From a virus (taxonomy: Duplodnaviria > Caudoviricetes), in the IMG/VR virus record IMGVR_UViG_3300045120_000279, positions 1 through 59,289 of that record: a stretch of DNA of 59,289 nucleotides. One strand, given 5' to 3'. The notes below the pieces were generated by a model. The model was not told where the DNA came from. It worked only from the letters and a program-made list of their open reading frames with translations, and made no database searches. Position numbers and translations under genes: made by a program. This document shows, one piece after another, positions 44,681 through 54,716 of the stretch; the stretch's first letter is position 1, and every line of letters begins with the position of its first letter.

Positions 44681-45342
44681 AACCCCTGGCCGTCTTCTAT
44701 CACACCTGCCTGACCTTCCACGGTCAGCACGGGATCAACATCCTCATGGAGCAGATGAAGGCTCTCCGGAATTCCGGGGTCCTTGCCGTGGCGGACACGT
44801 TCATGGTCGGGGTCAATGGCACGCTGGGCGACGAGATCGCCATCGCCGGCATGATCCCCGAGGCGGAGACGTTCCTCAACGCACCGGAGACCTTCCCGTC
44901 GGGCGAGGTGCCCACGCTCATGAAGATGCGCGACTGGCTGGTGGATCACCCCGACCACCACGTGCTCTACCATCACATGAAGGGCCTGAGCTATCCGCCG
45001 GGCACCGGCCTGCACGACCAGATGTCCAACTGGCGGTGGTGCATGCAAACGCACTGTGTTGACCGGTGGAAGGAGTGTGTGGGATACCTGGAGCAAGGCT
45101 ATGAAGCTGCTGGGGTTCACTATCACACTCCCGAGACTTATCCAGGTCCGGGTCACGTTCCGTTTTTTGCGGGTAACTTCTGGTGGGCGCGTGGCGACTT
45201 CCTCCGCACGCTCCCTCGGCTGGAGCCGGAGAAGCACCTGGCAGGCGGTCGCTACGAAGCGGAGGCGTGGCTGGGCCGTGGCACGCGGTGGCCGAAGGCG
45301 ATGGACATGAAGGGGTGTAGCGTATGGCAGTGCAATCATTGA
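44677..45342 (+). CDS. Glycosyltransferase-like
   Basis: EVPTL, VLYHHMKG, FAGNFWWA, RYEAEAWLG motifs typical of viral glycosylation clusters. Confidence 0.65.
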   Translation: MKPLAVFYHTCLTFHGQHGINILMEQMKALRNSGVLAVADTFMVGVNGTLGDEIAIAGMIPEAETFLNAPETFPSGEVPTLMKMRDWLVDHPDHHVLYHHMKGLSYPPGTGLHDQMSNWRWCMQTHCVDRWKECVGYLEQGYEAAGVHYHTPETYPGPGHVPFFAGNFWWARGDFLRTLPRLEPEKHLAGGRYEAEAWLGRGTRWPKAMDMKGCSVWQCNH

Positions 45343-45505
45343 ACAAGCCAGATCGAATCTGGAAAGCTCTGAAAAGGCTATCTCCGCGCTATTCTGGGCC
45401 AGTCAGTGTGAGCCATCCGTTCGGAGCTTTCTGCTCAAGGACCACTTCTCGGCAACGTCGTAGATGGAAGCGGTGGAATCGGATTTGGTATGGACTTCAC
45501 GGCCA

Positions 45506-46090
45506 ATGAACAACTACAACGTCATCACACCGTATTCCCGCTGGGGGAACTTCCGCGCGCTGCGGGACATGCTGGCACCGCAGAACGTGAAGTGGTGGCT
45601 GATGATCGACGACGACATGCCGATGATGGCATTCAGCCAGTCCTGGATAAAAGCCATCCACGGCCGGCCCCCACCGCCCCGATTCTTCATCGGCCACTGG
45701 ATGCTCAACCTGTTCCTGGACCACCAGGACATCAAAGATGACGAATACTACATCCTCCTCACGGACGACGATTACTACGCGCCTGACTTTTTCGCCCAGC
45801 TTCAACGCTACACGGCCGACGTGGTTATGGTATCAATGCGCCGGGCTGGGGATTTGTTGGTGGCTGACCCGACCAATATGCGCATCGCCCACGTCGGGCT
45901 GGAGCAAATGGTCATCAAGGGCCACCTGCTCAAGCAGTATCGCGCCAACGGTTTTTATGAGGCGGATGGGGACTTGATCACCCGCATCTGGGCGGCGCAC
46001 TCGGCCAAGTTCGCCTTCGCTCCCGAGATCAAATGCTACTTTAACTTTCTGCCGCCCTACGGGAACGGGCGCTACGATCAATGGGGATAA
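45506..46090 (+). CDS. GT2-like glycosyltransferase
   Basis: VITPYSR, ILLTDDDYY (DxD), YEADG. Confidence 0.7.
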   Translation: MNNYNVITPYSRWGNFRALRDMLAPQNVKWWLMIDDDMPMMAFSQSWIKAIHGRPPPPRFFIGHWMLNLFLDHQDIKDDEYYILLTDDDYYAPDFFAQLQRYTADVVMVSMRRAGDLLVADPTNMRIAHVGLEQMVIKGHLLKQYRANGFYEADGDLITRIWAAHSAKFAFAPEIKCYFNFLPPYGNGRYDQWG

Positions 46091-46091
46091 C

Positions 46092-46655
46092 ATGACAAGC
46101 ACCGCTCAAGCTGGACAGGACACCTATGCTTACATTCTATCGGGCAAAATCTCGCAGGGAGGATTTGTGGACCTGGGCTGTAACCACGCCACGTTTCATT
46201 CCAACTCTGCGGCGCTGGAGTTCATCGGGTGGGTGGGAGTGCTTTGTGATGTTGCCCCGACCTGCGAAGGCCGTCGCAGTCCGTTCATCGTGTGCGACGC
46301 TACCAAACCCAATGCCGCTCTGGTTCAGGCATACGCCACTCTACCGCCAGTGCTGGGATACCTTTCTGTGGACTGTGATGACGCCACTCTGGGCGCGCTG
46401 CAAGCGTTTCCGCACGACAAGGTCGTCTGCCAATCCATCACCATCGAGCACGACCGTTACCACCGGGGTGACGGCCTCCGAAATGAAATACGCAAGTTCC
46501 TCTTCGAGCGGGGCTATGATCTTGTCTGCGCCGATGTCATTGCCGACGGCTACGGTGAGTTCGAGGATTGGTGGGCCCACCCCAAGTGGACCTCCAAAGG
46601 AATGAGGGACGCCTTGCGCTGCCAGAGTCGGCGCGGATTGGACATCGTCAAATGA
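46092..46655 (+). CDS. FkbM-like SAM-dependent methyltransferase
   Basis: AQAGQD, FVDLGC, SNSAALE..GWVG, YLSVDCD, ITIEHD, FEDWW. Confidence 0.75.
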   Translation: MTSTAQAGQDTYAYILSGKISQGGFVDLGCNHATFHSNSAALEFIGWVGVLCDVAPTCEGRRSPFIVCDATKPNAALVQAYATLPPVLGYLSVDCDDATLGALQAFPHDKVVCQSITIEHDRYHRGDGLRNEIRKFLFERGYDLVCADVIADGYGEFEDWWAHPKWTSKGMRDALRCQSRRGLDIVK

Positions 46656-47587
46656 CCCGAGTGCTTTTCATCAACCCGGTGCAGCCGCGCTGCGGTGTCC
46701 ACCAATACGGGCTGCGCCTGTTCGACATCATGAAGATGTCCAAGGAGCTGGAGTGCACCTACCAGGTCTGCCCGGCCGAGATTGAGATTGGCTCGCTCTA
46801 TTTCTACGACGTGGTGATCTACAACGTGCACCCTGGCATCAGCAACGCCATGCACAACGCGCCGTTCCCGTGCAGCGTGAAACAAATCGCCATCTACCAC
46901 GACGGCCCCATGAACGGCCCGTTCGACCGCTGGTTGCTGTCTGACTCGTCGGCCCCGGGCTACGGCAACCTGACTACCATTGGCCGGCCGCTGCCCGAGT
47001 GGGATGTGCTGCCTCACGGGGACCTGAGCGGCCCCGTCAAGATTGGCCTGTCTGGACTGGTGGGAGCCTGGGCTGCTGACATGGTCAGGTTTGTGGCTGC
47101 GAACATGCCACTGGCGCTGATCCGCCTGCACCTGGCGCCATCCGACCACTGTGACCCAAGCGGTGCCCTGGCCCGCGCGGTTGGGCAGGCTTGTCTCAAC
47201 CTCGGAAATCCGAGGTTGGTCGAGGTGGACTACGAATTCAAACCGCAGGCCGAGGTGCTGGAGTGGCTTTCCGCCAACGACCTGAACTGCTTTATCCGCA
47301 GCACTGGCAGTGGTCCCATGGGGGTTTCCTCAGCCTTGGACATGGCTCTGGCCGTGGGACGGCCCATCGCCGTGAACAACAACCCCATGTTCCGGCATAT
47401 CACCCGGGTGAGCCCGGAGATCATGGTGGAGAACACGCCGCTGCGGGAGATCATCGCCATGGGACCCAATCCGCTGATACCCCATTGGCGTCGCAATTCC
47501 CGCCGTGCGGTCATGGAGGAACTGGAGAACGTCATCCACTCCGTGATTGACTCGGAAAAAGCAATCATTGAAAACCGGGGTCAATAG
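46652..47587 (+). CDS. GT-B-like glycosyltransferase
   Basis: VLFIN...CGVHQYG; GVSSALDMALAVGRPIAVN..MF. Confidence 0.65.
   Translation: MTRVLFINPVQPRCGVHQYGLRLFDIMKMSKELECTYQVCPAEIEIGSLYFYDVVIYNVHPGISNAMHNAPFPCSVKQIAIYHDGPMNGPFDRWLLSDSSAPGYGNLTTIGRPLPEWDVLPHGDLSGPVKIGLSGLVGAWAADMVRFVAANMPLALIRLHLAPSDHCDPSGALARAVGQACLNLGNPRLVEVDYEFKPQAEVLEWLSANDLNCFIRSTGSGPMGVSSALDMALAVGRPIAVNNNPMFRHITRVSPEIMVENTPLREIIAMGPNPLIPHWRRNSRRAVMEELENVIHSVIDSEKAIIENRGQ
47197..47218. repeat. Palindrome variant with symmetric substitutions in GT-B gene
   Basis: CAACCTCGGAAATCCGAGGTTG; translated as NLGNPRL. Confidence 0.88.
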
Positions 47588-47602
47588 TCGTATCAACACC
47601 CA

Positions 47603-50032
47603 ATGAAGTTCAAAGACCCGGCCCAGGTGGACAGCATCTGCTGGCAAATGCGTCAATCGGACTACCCTCGGGGCAAGAACCGCGCGCTGATCAATAACCT
47701 CTTCAACGGCGTGCCGCCCTATTCGGAAGACGAGGCCCTGGCCAACAACATCAGCGTAAACGTCAACGACCTTTCCTCCACCCGCGTTGGTCACGAGTCC
47801 CGCACCCAGTTCTACCAAGCCTTTCAGAAACCCGGAAATTTCTTCACCTGCCGCACGGACACCGGCGCTACGCACAAGCGGTCTGTTTATGGCACCATCG
47901 TGACCAAGGAGGTCAACCGGATCATGAAGCGGTCGCTTCCTTACATGGAGACGATGCGCTCCAAGTTTGCGATGGACGTGCTGCATGGCATTTCCCCGGC
48001 CGGCTTCCGTGACTCCAAACGCTGGCGCCCGGACGCGCTGGCCATCGAGGACGTGTTCGTGCCCGCCAAGACGCTCCTCTCCATGGAGAACCTGCCCTTC
48101 TTCGCCATCCGCAAGACCTTCACTGCTCCCGAACTGATCAAGCTCACCAACAAGGCTGTGGCTGATCCGGGCTGGAACATGCCCATGGTGCGCGACTGCA
48201 TCAAGTGGATCGACAAGGAGTCCATGGCCCTGATGGGCGCGAACTGGCCCGACGTGTGGTCGCCGGAAAAGGTGAACGAGCGCGTCAAGGGCGACGGCGG
48301 GTTTTACATTGGTGATGCGGTAGCCACCATCAGCGCATTCGACTTTTACTTCTGGTCGGACGAGGGCGGCAAGGAAGGCTGGCGGAGGCGCATGATCCTT
48401 GACTACTGGGATTCACCGGCGGCCGGTGGCGCGGAACTGACCGCCAAGACCGACGACTTCTTCTCCGGCTCCAAGGGACGTTTCCTCTACAACCCGGGCG
48501 AGCGCGTGTTCGCCACTGAGATCGCGCAGATCATCAACTGGCAGTTCGCTGACCTGTCGGCCGTGGCGCCGTTCCAGTATCACTCAGTTCGGTCACTGGG
48601 CTTCCTGCTCTACGCCGTCTGTCACCTGCAAAACCGGATGCGCTGCAAGTTCAGCGAGTCGGTCTTCGAGCAGATGCTCGTCTACTTTCGGATCAAGTCG
48701 GGTGACGACGCCCAGCGCGCGCTCAAGGTGGACCTGATCAACCGTGGGTTCATCGACGACACCATCGACTTCGTGCCGGCCAACATGCGCTACCAGATCA
48801 ACGCGCAGCTGGTCGAGCTGGGGCTCCAGGAGAACAAGAACATCATCTCGCAGAACTCCGCCTCCTACACGGCGGACAACGGCTCCACGCGAGGCAACGT
48901 CGAGAAGACCAAGTTCGAGGTGATGGCCGAGACCACCGCCATGACCAGCCTCGTCTCCGCCGGGTTGCAGCAGGCTTACGCTTACCAGCTGCCGGAATAC
49001 CGGGAGAGCTTCCGCCGGTTCACCATCAGGGGCTCACCTGACCCGGAGGTCCGTCAGTTCCAATCCAACTGCATTCGCCAGGGCGTGCCGCAGAACATTC
49101 TCTACAACCCGGAGTGTTGGGACCTGGAGCCCGAGCGCACCATGGGGGCCGGCAACAAGACCATGGAGATGGCCATTGCGCAGCAGCTCATGCAGGCTCG
49201 TAATCTTTACGACCCGGAAGCTCAGCGCCTTATTCTGCGCGACTTCACCCTGGCGGTGACGGAAGACCCCGCGCGAGCCCAGTCTTACGTGCCCGACAGT
49301 GTTGCCAAGATCACCGACTCCGTCCACGACGCGCAGCTGGCGGCCGGGACCCTGATGCAGGGCCTGCCGGTGGATGTGAAGTCCGGGATGAACCATGTGG
49401 AATACGTGGACACCCTGCTCCACTCGCTGGTCACGCTGGTGCAGCAGCCGGTGCCGCCGACGCCCGAGCGGATCAATGGTCTGAACATGATCGCCAACAA
49501 CATTGCTGGCCACCTCCAGATCATCGCGCAGAACCCGGAGGAGAAGCAGCGGGTCACGCAGTATCAGCAGCAGCTCTCCAAGGTCATGAACGCCGTGAAG
49601 GCCATGACGCAGAAGATGCAGGAGGCCCAGAAGGCCCAGGGCGGCGGTCAGGACCCCGAGACCCAGGGCAAGGTGCAGTCCATGCTCATTCAAGCCAAGG
49701 CCAAGGCGGAGTCCGGCGCCACCGCTCACGCGCAGAAAACGGCGCAGCGGCAGATTCAGTTCGAGATGGAGGAGAAGCGCAAGCAGGAGGCCTTCGACAT
49801 CGAGAAGCGGCGCGGCATGCTGGAGGCCGGTCACGAGTTCGGCAAGTCGCACATCGAGCATCAGCACGACCTGGCTCTTCGGAATTCCGAGGCCCAGGCC
49901 GAGCTGGAACACCAGAAGGCGCTGGACGAGCAGGCGCTGGAGTCGCAGAAGAAGGCCGACGAGCAGAAGATCATCACCGCCAAGAAGGCCGCTGCCGCCA
50001 AGCCCAAACCCGCTGCCAAGAAAAAGAAGTGA
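47603..50032 (+). CDS. Portal protein
   Basis: 809 aa with EKTKFEV motif and long Gln/Lys coiled-coil C-terminus; precedes scaffold and capsid genes. Confidence 0.7.
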   Translation: MKFKDPAQVDSICWQMRQSDYPRGKNRALINNLFNGVPPYSEDEALANNISVNVNDLSSTRVGHESRTQFYQAFQKPGNFFTCRTDTGATHKRSVYGTIVTKEVNRIMKRSLPYMETMRSKFAMDVLHGISPAGFRDSKRWRPDALAIEDVFVPAKTLLSMENLPFFAIRKTFTAPELIKLTNKAVADPGWNMPMVRDCIKWIDKESMALMGANWPDVWSPEKVNERVKGDGGFYIGDAVATISAFDFYFWSDEGGKEGWRRRMILDYWDSPAAGGAELTAKTDDFFSGSKGRFLYNPGERVFATEIAQIINWQFADLSAVAPFQYHSVRSLGFLLYAVCHLQNRMRCKFSESVFEQMLVYFRIKSGDDAQRALKVDLINRGFIDDTIDFVPANMRYQINAQLVELGLQENKNIISQNSASYTADNGSTRGNVEKTKFEVMAETTAMTSLVSAGLQQAYAYQLPEYRESFRRFTIRGSPDPEVRQFQSNCIRQGVPQNILYNPECWDLEPERTMGAGNKTMEMAIAQQLMQARNLYDPEAQRLILRDFTLAVTEDPARAQSYVPDSVAKITDSVHDAQLAAGTLMQGLPVDVKSGMNHVEYVDTLLHSLVTLVQQPVPPTPERINGLNMIANNIAGHLQIIAQNPEEKQRVTQYQQQLSKVMNAVKAMTQKMQEAQKAQGGGQDPETQGKVQSMLIQAKAKAESGATAHAQKTAQRQIQFEMEEKRKQEAFDIEKRRGMLEAGHEFGKSHIEHQHDLALRNSEAQAELEHQKALDEQALESQKKADEQKIITAKKAAAAKPKPAAKKKK

Positions 50033-50069
50033 CAACCGGATTCCGAGGCTGTAAGCATGTTCAGCAAAT

Positions 50070-50372
50070 ATGGCTGATAAACCATCGGCAGTTGTAAACC
50101 CGACACCTCGGCAGAAGTTCCAAACCATTCCGAGCACCGTCAGTGCGCACCGGGAGCTGATGCAGAACCCGCAGCTCAACTTCTCCATCGACATGGCCTT
50201 GATGGAGATGCAACGGCGGCAGGCCAACGTGGCGGACAAGGACGTGACCGGAGCGGCCACGAACCATTTCAAGATTCAAGGCGCCCTGGAGTTCGTAGAA
50301 ATCCTTCGCCACCTCGGCGAGACCGCCACCCTCCCACCACGGCAAACCCAAACCCAACAACTCAAATACTGA
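50070..50372 (+). CDS. Small portal-adjacent protein
   Basis: IQGALEFVEILRHLGE helix; typical position between portal and scaffold. Confidence 0.6.
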   Translation: MADKPSAVVNPTPRQKFQTIPSTVSAHRELMQNPQLNFSIDMALMEMQRRQANVADKDVTGAATNHFKIQGALEFVEILRHLGETATLPPRQTQTQQLKY

Positions 50373-50373
50373 T

Positions 50374-51789
50374 ATGGCCGACGTAGTCTTAGCTCCCGCA
50401 CCCAACATTGTTAATCAGCCGACCGGAACTCCACGCGGCACGCTGCCGCCCTCCGGTGGTGAGATTAAGCTGTCATCCATGATGGGCCGCGCGGCAGCCG
50501 CGCCGGCTCCTACCGCCACGCCGCCGGCCCCGGCGACCGCTGTCCGTCCGCCGGTGACCACACCGCCTGTGCAGGTCCATGACGACGGCAAGAAGTCCTC
50601 GGAGAAAATGTTCGAGCGCCTACGCGCTACAGGAAAAGACACCAATGACCGCACCGCACCAAAACCGCAGACCGCCAAGGCCCCCGACGCATTACCACCA
50701 GCAACAGCAGTGGCTCCGGCAGAGGAGGGCGATGAACTTACCGCCACTGCTCCTGCCGCCGTTCTTCCCGGATCAGAAGGGGCCGCCAAACCCGGTGAAG
50801 CCGTCACACCTCCCGAGGTAGCTGGTGAAAAGAAAAAGGGTGTAAACCCGTGGCATAAGATCAAGGAGCACGAGGCCACCCTCAAGCAGCGGGATGCCGA
50901 GCTGGCCGACCTGCGCCAGCGCGTGCAGGACCCAGAGGCCCACAAAAAGGAATTTGAACGGCTGTCCAAGATCGAGAAGCGCAACCAGGAGCTGGAGGAG
51001 CAGATCAAGTTCGTGGACTACTCCAAGAGTGCCGAGTTCACCGAGAAATACCAGAAGCCCTACGAGGAGTCATGGAAGCGCGCCATGGCCGAGCTGGGTG
51101 ACCTGACCATCGACGACGGCGCGGGCAGGGAGCGCCCCATGAATGTGAATGACCTCATGGAGTTGGTGAACATGCCCATCAAGGATGCCAAGGAGTCCGC
51201 CGAGCTTCTGTTCGGTGGCATGGCGCCGGAGGTCATGGCCTACCGCAAGGAGATCAAGGGGCTGTTCGAGCAGCAGAAGAAGGCGTTGGATGATGCCAAG
51301 AAATCCGGCGTTGAGATGTCCGCCAAGCAGACGGCTGAGCAGGCCCGGCACATGGAAGAGATGAATCAGATGTCCATGCGGGAGTGGGAGAGCTACAACA
51401 AGTCCATCCTGGAAAACCCGCAGACCGGCCACTATTTCAAGCCCGTGGAGGGCGACGAGGACCTAAACACCCGACTCAACAAGGGCTGGGCGTTCGTGGA
51501 CGAGACCGCCAAGATGAACCTGAGCGACCCGAAGCTCACGCGGGAGCAGCGCGCGGAGGCTATCCGCCGGCATGCGTCCGTGCGGGCCCGCGCGGCGGCC
51601 TTCGGGGCCATGCGACTGCGCGACGAGCGGCACGTCGCCCGCATCAAGGAGTTGGAGGCCAAGCTGGGCCAGTATGAGGAGACCGTGCCCGACTTTACCG
51701 GCCGGGGAGCCGCTGCACCTCCGTCCATGGTCACTGGAAATGGCGGCATGGGCGGGCTCATGAGCCGGCTCAACAAGCGCGCCAAATAG
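50374..51789 (+). CDS. Capsid scaffolding protein
   Basis: Pro/Ala-rich N-terminus and charged coiled coils; directly before the major capsid gene. Confidence 0.65.
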   Translation: MADVVLAPAPNIVNQPTGTPRGTLPPSGGEIKLSSMMGRAAAAPAPTATPPAPATAVRPPVTTPPVQVHDDGKKSSEKMFERLRATGKDTNDRTAPKPQTAKAPDALPPATAVAPAEEGDELTATAPAAVLPGSEGAAKPGEAVTPPEVAGEKKKGVNPWHKIKEHEATLKQRDAELADLRQRVQDPEAHKKEFERLSKIEKRNQELEEQIKFVDYSKSAEFTEKYQKPYEESWKRAMAELGDLTIDDGAGRERPMNVNDLMELVNMPIKDAKESAELLFGGMAPEVMAYRKEIKGLFEQQKKALDDAKKSGVEMSAKQTAEQARHMEEMNQMSMREWESYNKSILENPQTGHYFKPVEGDEDLNTRLNKGWAFVDETAKMNLSDPKLTREQRAEAIRRHASVRARAAAFGAMRLRDERHVARIKELEAKLGQYEETVPDFTGRGAAAPPSMVTGNGGMGGLMSRLNKRAK

Positions 51790-51811
51790 CTACCTCGGAA
51801 TTCCGAGGTAG
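51790..51811. repeat. 22-bp palindrome, exact copy, immediately after the scaffold stop codon
   Basis: CTACCTCGGAATTCCGAGGTAG read directly. Confidence 0.97.
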
Positions 51812-51821
51812 GAATTCATTG

Positions 51822-52025
51822 TTTGACAGATAGGCCAGCGGTGGTCTATCTGTCTTTCCGTTGACACCCGTCAACGTGGACAGTTGGGAGTCTAGTTCCA
51901 ACCAGCCGACCGCTGCTTAGGTCGCCCGGCGGGCTATAAGCGCCAAATCCAGAGTCCGAACGCCTGCGCATTGGCGCATAGCGACGACGGCCTCGAACCG
52001 AAAACAATTTCCGTAATACAAAAAT
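51822..52025 (+). promoter_or_regulatory. Structured leader / promoter region of the major capsid gene
   Basis: Hairpins 51825-51854 and 51859-51876, each overlapping a TTGACA. Confidence 0.45.
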
Positions 52026-53486
52026 ATGAGTTGCCCTGCTGGCCAAATCATCCAAGCCTGCGATTTTCCGCAGTTCCTTGTCGATGAAACGCCGCGTTTC
52101 GACGAGCTGATCATGGAGGACATTCGTCCGACAGACGGCTGGATTCTGAATGTCGGCACTGGGACGACCCCCATGGGGACGCCCGTTGAAATCACCCAGG
52201 ACCGCTTCCGCTCTGTGTGGCCCAACACCACCAAGGTCTGGAACCGCGTTCAAGGGAACGGACCTGGTTGCGATGGCAACTATTGTGATCCGACCGACAA
52301 CAAAATCGGTTGGGGTGCTGATCGGCTGACTTACTATGCCGAACAACAGGTCTGGTCCACGCCCCTGATCTGCTACGACCAGGACATGCACGTGACCCAG
52401 GCCGAGCAGCATCTGGCCCAGATCATCAGCGAAATCCTCCGCCCGGCCACCATTGCGGTGTCCAGCAACTTCCTGCGCAAGCGGGCTCTGTTGTGGGCCA
52501 AGTATCGCCACATGGCCAACGCGCTCCTCTCCAACTTCAGCTTCCAGTGGCAGACCGCTGGCACACTGAACGACGAGGAAATCTACTTCGACACCTCCGC
52601 CGCGCCCACGCAGCTGTTCCATCTGGTCCCCCAGATGTTGCAGAACAACTTCTCCAAGTCCATGCGTGAGGGCTATGCCGGGAAGAACCCGTTCAAGGAA
52701 ACCAGTCCGTTCATCGAGCTGGTGACCGACATGGACACCATCTGGTTCCTCGACAAACTCGGCGGTCAGCTTGGCAGTGGTGGCGGGTCCACGCCCAACA
52801 CCGCTTCCAACTGGCGGTTCACGGAGTGGTCCGCCGCCAATGCTTATTGGCGCTATGGCTACTCGGGCCAGATCGGGAACTACATGGCCCGCATGGACGA
52901 GATGGGTCTGCGGTTCAACTACGTCACCGACCTCGGCGCGGGTGCGCACGGCGGCAACGGGAACCGGTATCGCTACCAGATCGTGCTCCCCTACACCAAC
53001 GGTCCCACGACCGGTGCAGGTGGTGCGTCGGGCATCGGTTCCAACGTCAATCCGTATTTCGACACGGCCCAGTTTGCGATCAGCTTCCAGTGGCACAAAA
53101 AGGCCATGGAACTCTTGGTCCCGGATGCGGCGCCGCTCAATCCGGAGATGCCGTTCAGCCACCGGGACTTCGGCGGCAAGTGGCAGTTCCAGATGAACAA
53201 CCTCGGCGCGGATGCGTCGGGCGCGGTCATCAACAACGCCTGGGGCAACAAGGGTCGCTTTGCGGCGTGGTTCAAGTATTACGTCCGGCCGCTGCACTAC
53301 GAGTTCGCTCGTGTGTATTTCCACAAGCGTGAACAGTTCTGCATCCCGCAGATCGACGTGTGCTCCGCCTCCCCGGGTTACCCGGCGCAGAGCTACAACA
53401 GCGCCAATGCGGTTTGCCCGGCTGGTTCGGGCACGTATGGCACTGGCGTTCCGACTGGCAGCCAGGACGGCCCGATCACGGGCTAG
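52026..53486 (+). CDS. Major capsid protein
   Basis: 486 aa, follows the scaffold gene, strong codon bias, followed by a terminator. Confidence 0.75.
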   Translation: MSCPAGQIIQACDFPQFLVDETPRFDELIMEDIRPTDGWILNVGTGTTPMGTPVEITQDRFRSVWPNTTKVWNRVQGNGPGCDGNYCDPTDNKIGWGADRLTYYAEQQVWSTPLICYDQDMHVTQAEQHLAQIISEILRPATIAVSSNFLRKRALLWAKYRHMANALLSNFSFQWQTAGTLNDEEIYFDTSAAPTQLFHLVPQMLQNNFSKSMREGYAGKNPFKETSPFIELVTDMDTIWFLDKLGGQLGSGGGSTPNTASNWRFTEWSAANAYWRYGYSGQIGNYMARMDEMGLRFNYVTDLGAGAHGGNGNRYRYQIVLPYTNGPTTGAGGASGIGSNVNPYFDTAQFAISFQWHKKAMELLVPDAAPLNPEMPFSHRDFGGKWQFQMNNLGADASGAVINNAWGNKGRFAAWFKYYVRPLHYEFARVYFHKREQFCIPQIDVCSASPGYPAQSYNSANAVCPAGSGTYGTGVPTGSQDGPITG

Positions 53487-53512
53487 GCAGTTTGGTGTGG
53501 GTTACTGGGTTC

Positions 53513-53547
53513 ATCCGCCCCGGTCTAAATGGCCGGGGCGGATTTTC
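53513..53547 (+). terminator. Intrinsic terminator after the major capsid gene
   Basis: ATCCGCCCCGGTC-TAAAT-GGCCGGGGCGGAT followed by TTT. Confidence 0.75.
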
Positions 53548-53561
53548 CGGAGAACAAACGT

Positions 53562-53831
53562 ATGCCAGACTATTTCAGCGACAATCACGGCGACAACGAC
53601 GGAGACGAGTCGGTCCCCGCAGTTGCAGGGACGGAAGCGCCCGAGGGTGCTCCGAACGACGACCAGCCCGCCAGTCAGGTGGCGCTGTTACCCATGGATT
53701 TCTTCGGAGGCAAGGACCTCCAACCCGGTCACACCTGCAAGGTGAAGATCGAGAAGGTCCTCGACGACCAGGTTCAGGTGAGCTATGTCGGCGAGGAAGG
53801 TGGCGGTGGCAGTTACGACATGATGGAATAA
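53562..53831 (+). CDS. Small acidic protein
   Basis: ATG at 53562 with GGAG RBS. Confidence 0.65.
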   Translation: MPDYFSDNHGDNDGDESVPAVAGTEAPEGAPNDDQPASQVALLPMDFFGGKDLQPGHTCKVKIEKVLDDQVQVSYVGEEGGGGSYDMME

Positions 53832-53834
53832 AAT

Positions 53835-54716
53835 ATGGCCGCAATTCCTACCAACACTCTGCTGGGAGAGGTTCAGTGCTACGCCTGCTTTGGCGGCAGC
53901 ATCCCCCAGCTTTTGGAACTGGCGCTTCTGCGCCGCAAACTTCTGGCCATCACGCCTACCGCCGATGTCAGCGCGGGCGCGCTGTTGGAATACTCGAAGT
54001 GCTACGCCTGCTATGGCGCGAGCATCATGCAGCTTTTGAAGCTGGCCCTGCTGGACCAGATTGCCAATCCCACTTCAGCGGGGCTCGTTGAATCTGGACT
54101 GGCGTTGATCAGTCAGGCCGGTTCTTCAGCCACAGTGATCACACCCACGTTTCAGCCGACGGCTAATGCGCTGGTGCTGGCCTTTGTCAGCAACGGCGCG
54201 GTGGGTGGCGTGGCGGTGACTTCCATCGCCGGCAACGGCTTGACCTGGGTGAAGGTGAACAACACCACGGGTGGCGGGACCGGCGCGGCCAACATGGAAG
54301 TCTGGCGCGCCATGGGGGCAGCTCCGACCTCTGGCGCTGCCACGGTGACCTTCGCTGGAGCGGTGACCAATGCAATCGTGAGGGTGGTCCAAGTCACCGG
54401 CGCGGACACCTCAGGCACCAACGGCAGCGGCGCCATCGTGCAGTCGGGTGTGGCCAACAGCGTGGGCGCCACCAATCCAACCGTGAACCTGGCGGCCCTC
54501 AGCGCGACCGGCCGCAACGGTGTGTTCGGCGCGGTCAACAGCAACGTCAGCGGCAGCGTCCCGGAAGCGGGCTGGTCCAAGGACTTCGACACCAGCATTG
54601 CCACCTCCATTTCGGTGATGGTTTACCAGCTGCGCAGCACGGATAACACGGTGGTCATCACGCAGGCGTCGGCGCAATACGCCATGGTCGCCTTTGAAGT
54701 GAAAGCGAGTGCATAA
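53835..54716 (+). CDS. Putative virion decoration/fibre protein with two N-terminal CYxC(F/Y)G repeats
   Basis: CYACFGGS..LLELALL and CYACYGAS..LLKLALL, then a Thr/Ala/Gly-rich beta domain. Confidence 0.7.
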   Translation: MAAIPTNTLLGEVQCYACFGGSIPQLLELALLRRKLLAITPTADVSAGALLEYSKCYACYGASIMQLLKLALLDQIANPTSAGLVESGLALISQAGSSATVITPTFQPTANALVLAFVSNGAVGGVAVTSIAGNGLTWVKVNNTTGGGTGAANMEVWRAMGAAPTSGAATVTFAGAVTNAIVRVVQVTGADTSGTNGSGAIVQSGVANSVGATNPTVNLAALSATGRNGVFGAVNSNVSGSVPEAGWSKDFDTSIATSISVMVYQLRSTDNTVVITQASAQYAMVAFEVKASA

